Positions 62,076 to 64,000 of a DNA stretch of 64,000 nt are shown here, in pieces; the first letter of the stretch is position 1, and each line of letters starts with the position of its first letter. Made by a program: the position numbers and the translations under genes. The notes beneath the pieces were generated by a model. It was not told the origin of the DNA and searched no databases. It saw only the letters and a program-made list of their open reading frames with translations. The stretch comes from Nitrospira sp. (GTDB lineage Bacteria; Nitrospirota; Nitrospiria; Nitrospirales; Nitrospiraceae): positions 7,420-71,419 of the forward strand of contig JBBIKN010000005.1 of the NCBI GenBank assembly GCA_037445435.1. Direction: 5' to 3'.

Positions 62076-63461
62076 TTATGGCTCTCCAACCGTAAGCGTC
62101 CCAGAAAACGCAGTTGTCAGGACGGACTGCCGTAAACGTTCCGCGCGGGTGAGGTTGGCTTCGACGACGGCTTCGAGTTCGTCGATGACGGACAGGCGGC
62201 GCTCGACTTCGGCGACGATTTGTTCTTGCTCTTCACGTGGGGGGATGGGGATAGGTAATCGTCGAAAGTCCTCGACGTTTACTCCCTGCAAAGCAACGCC
62301 CCGAGTTTCACCGGTTAGCCAGCGCTGGCAGTAGTCCGATCGAATCGCCCATACGACAAAGTTCCGCACCATCATGGAGTGAACCGGAGCCCTCATCACA
62401 TGCTGAGTTATGTTGCCTCCCTCTAGCTCAGGTGGCACAACCGCGACGCGTCCAATAGTTCCATCCTTCGAGATCAGGATATCTCCTGAAGCCAGTGTGG
62501 CCCTCGCAAATTTGGCTGCACGTTCTGGCGATGTCCGCCTAAGATTCTTAATATCTATTCGCCCGTCCTTCATCTCCGTGACCCTCACATAAGGGACACC
62601 ATTCGAGATGTGTGGACCTGGCTTGATGATTCCATAGATGATGGGCCTTCCATGTTGACCGATCCATTCGAGACTCGCCCATGTCCATCCGCTCGGAAGG
62701 GGTGGCAAATCAGTTAGATCAGGTGGTAATGTTTCTTTGCGCTTTCCTTTTCCATCCGACTTCACCTGCCGTTCAGCGAGGATGCGTTCGAGGAGTTTGC
62801 TGGCTGGTTCGACGTCCGGATGCGCCTTGCGCCAGTTTTCGGTCAGCTTCCCTTCGACGGCGGCTTTGAGGACGGCGGCTTGGTAGCGTTTGAGGTTGGC
62901 TTTCGTGCGTTTAAGCGAGGCGACAGCTTCATCGAGGCGGGAGAATTGCTTTTCGATCTCCGCGACGATGCTGATTTGTTCCTCAGGGCATGGGACCGGA
63001 ATTAATACCTCCTCCAAGAAAGACTGCGGCACGCGCTTCTGCCCCACCGCACCAGTCATCTGATGCGCTGCATCACGTCGAAAACTCTGGTTTGACACGA
63101 AGTAGTACACATATCGAGGATCAACTCCCTCATTGGGGCGAAGAACGTGAAACTCTGTTGATCCAAACCCGATGTCATTTGTCAGCTTGGGCACGACCGC
63201 CATTTTCCCGTTTTCCATACACGGGGTAATCTTGGCAAATAGCACATCGCCTTCCTTAAATGGCGTGTAGCCCTTCTTGACAGCACTGAAGGGCTTTGTC
63301 TGAGAAACATCCATTCGTCCGCTGCCAGCTTCGACCGCAGCCATAGGGACGAAAGAAACTTCGAGATCATCCCGATAAGCGGACTTAACAAGGCGCGGAT
63401 TCAATTCCACTACCTCGGACAATGGTTTCTTGGGCCAAGTAGTTACAGTCTTGTCCGACAT
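62076..63461 (-). CDS. hsdS: type I restriction-modification specificity subunit HsdS
   Basis: 461 aa with two target-recognition domains separated by conserved helical repeats (EIEKQFSRLDEAVASLKRTKANLKRYQAAVLKAA and AEVERRLSVIDELEAVVEANLTRAERLRQSVLTTAF). Confidence 0.88.
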   Translation of the reverse strand: MSDKTVTTWPKKPLSEVVELNPRLVKSAYRDDLEVSFVPMAAVEAGSGRMDVSQTKPFSAVKKGYTPFKEGDVLFAKITPCMENGKMAVVPKLTNDIGFGSTEFHVLRPNEGVDPRYVYYFVSNQSFRRDAAHQMTGAVGQKRVPQSFLEEVLIPVPCPEEQISIVAEIEKQFSRLDEAVASLKRTKANLKRYQAAVLKAAVEGKLTENWRKAHPDVEPASKLLERILAERQVKSDGKGKRKETLPPDLTDLPPLPSGWTWASLEWIGQHGRPIIYGIIKPGPHISNGVPYVRVTEMKDGRIDIKNLRRTSPERAAKFARATLASGDILISKDGTIGRVAVVPPELEGGNITQHVMRAPVHSMMVRNFVVWAIRSDYCQRWLTGETRGVALQGVNVEDFRRLPIPIPPREEQEQIVAEVERRLSVIDELEAVVEANLTRAERLRQSVLTTAFSGTLTVGEP

Positions 63462-63463
63462 CG

Positions 63464-63642
63464 CTACGCCGCTAACGCCCCGTTCAGTTCTTCAATAATC
63501 TTGTTCAACTCGCCACCAAAGACCTGATGCACTTTCCCAACCCACCATCCAGATTAAACGGCGCCAGCTCGAAGTCGTCCTTCTCGACGCTGACATTCGC
63601 CGCGATGTGATCGCATCTCAATTCAGAAGAGAGGCCGCACAC
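63464..63642 (-). pseudogene. short relic resembling the C-terminal end of a type I HsdR (EcoEI_R_C-like)
   Basis: Reads ELRCDHIAANVSVEKDDFELAPFNLDGGLGK, then after a 1-nt shift in a G-run, VHQVFGGELNKIIEELNGALAA*. It ends 2 nt before the hsdS ATG and has no upstream helicase part. Family assignment is from memory. Confidence 0.4.
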
Positions 63643-63948
63643 TTATCCTAATCGCGATTGCCAGTAGCCAGGCCGCCGCTTCAGATGCATCACAGCAATG
63701 ACGAAAAGCCCCACTGATTGTTGAATATAAATGATTGCAAAAGGAAACCGATGCACGAGAAAACGCCTTGTTCCTTGCCGGTAATCCGGCCAGGTTTTCG
63801 GAGCCTCTCGTATTCGGGAAATAGCGGTCCTGATTTCCTGGAAGAACGACTCTCCCAGGCCGGGTCGTTGTCCCTCGTACCAGGCCTTGGCTCGCTCTAG
63901 CTCGGCGAGCGCATCGGGATGAAACTCGACGGACTGTTCACTTGCCAT
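63643..63948 (-). CDS. parE: type II toxin-antitoxin system RelE/ParE family toxin
   Basis: 101 aa (FHPDALAELERAKAWYEGQRPGLGESFFQEIRTAISRIREAPKTWP...FPFAIIYI...VIAVMHLKRRPGYW). Confidence 0.8.
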   Translation of the reverse strand: MASEQSVEFHPDALAELERAKAWYEGQRPGLGESFFQEIRTAISRIREAPKTWPDYRQGTRRFLVHRFPFAIIYIQQSVGLFVIAVMHLKRRPGYWQSRLG

Positions 63949-64000
63949 GTCGCAGCCGTCTCTGCACTTCCTCCCAAGGAATCGTGTTCACTTCTCCCCG
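63938..64000 (-). CDS. antitoxin partner of ParE, C-terminal fragment (continues beyond window end)
   Basis: Open frame ...GEVNTIPWEEVQRRLRHGK* whose stop overlaps the parE start region. Confidence 0.45.
   Translation of the reverse strand, partial: RGEVNTIPWEEVQRRLRHGK

Overview
High-G+C bacterial chromosome segment. Gene content and the repeat family suggest a Nitrospira-like organism, but that is only a taxonomic guess. All calls come from motif reading by eye, with no searches run. About 70 genes are supported, most on the minus strand.

Left to right:
- A Ras-like small GTPase module with an OmpA-domain membrane protein (1-3264), then MscS and AsmA envelope genes.
- A decayed accessory patch (6.0-10.2 kb): a MITE-like repeat, a HicAB pair, an ATPase relic, an A+T-rich alpha/beta-hydrolase gene and a displaced relic of a ureohydrolase 3' end.
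- An ACP-FAAL-acyltransferase fusion gene broken by a single in-frame TAG (10164-13073).
- A guanidine-I (ykkC) riboswitch controlling an APC permease plus an arginase-family hydrolase (13246-16190).
- Assorted metabolic and stress genes.
- An ArnC/ArnT-like glycolipid modification cluster with a PAP2 phosphatase (23.3-27.4 kb).
- A tandem-receiver / M1 peptidase / TolB-like operon, then ftsY-ybeY-phoH.
- A 15-kb type IV pilus region with two paralogous minor-pilin sets, PilY1, PilB, PilD and a PilZ gene (34.2-49.8 kb).
- Housekeeping genes: rlmB, cysS, dedA, surE, tRNA-Pro, merR, ihfA, cimA.
- A decaying type I R-M locus (57.0-63.6 kb). Here hsdS and hsdM are separated by 3.5 kb of inserted cassettes: three toxin-antitoxin-like pairs and a two-gene module of unknown function. 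Two cassette blocks are each preceded by a relic copy of the hsdM 5' end carrying a 33-bp palindrome.

Most interesting:
- the cassette architecture and the unknown two-gene module inside the R-M locus
- the guanidine operon
- the GTPase/OmpA module
- the displaced-3'-end scar around the amber-interrupted FAAL fusion
- the structured tandem hairpins inside the MITE-like repeat
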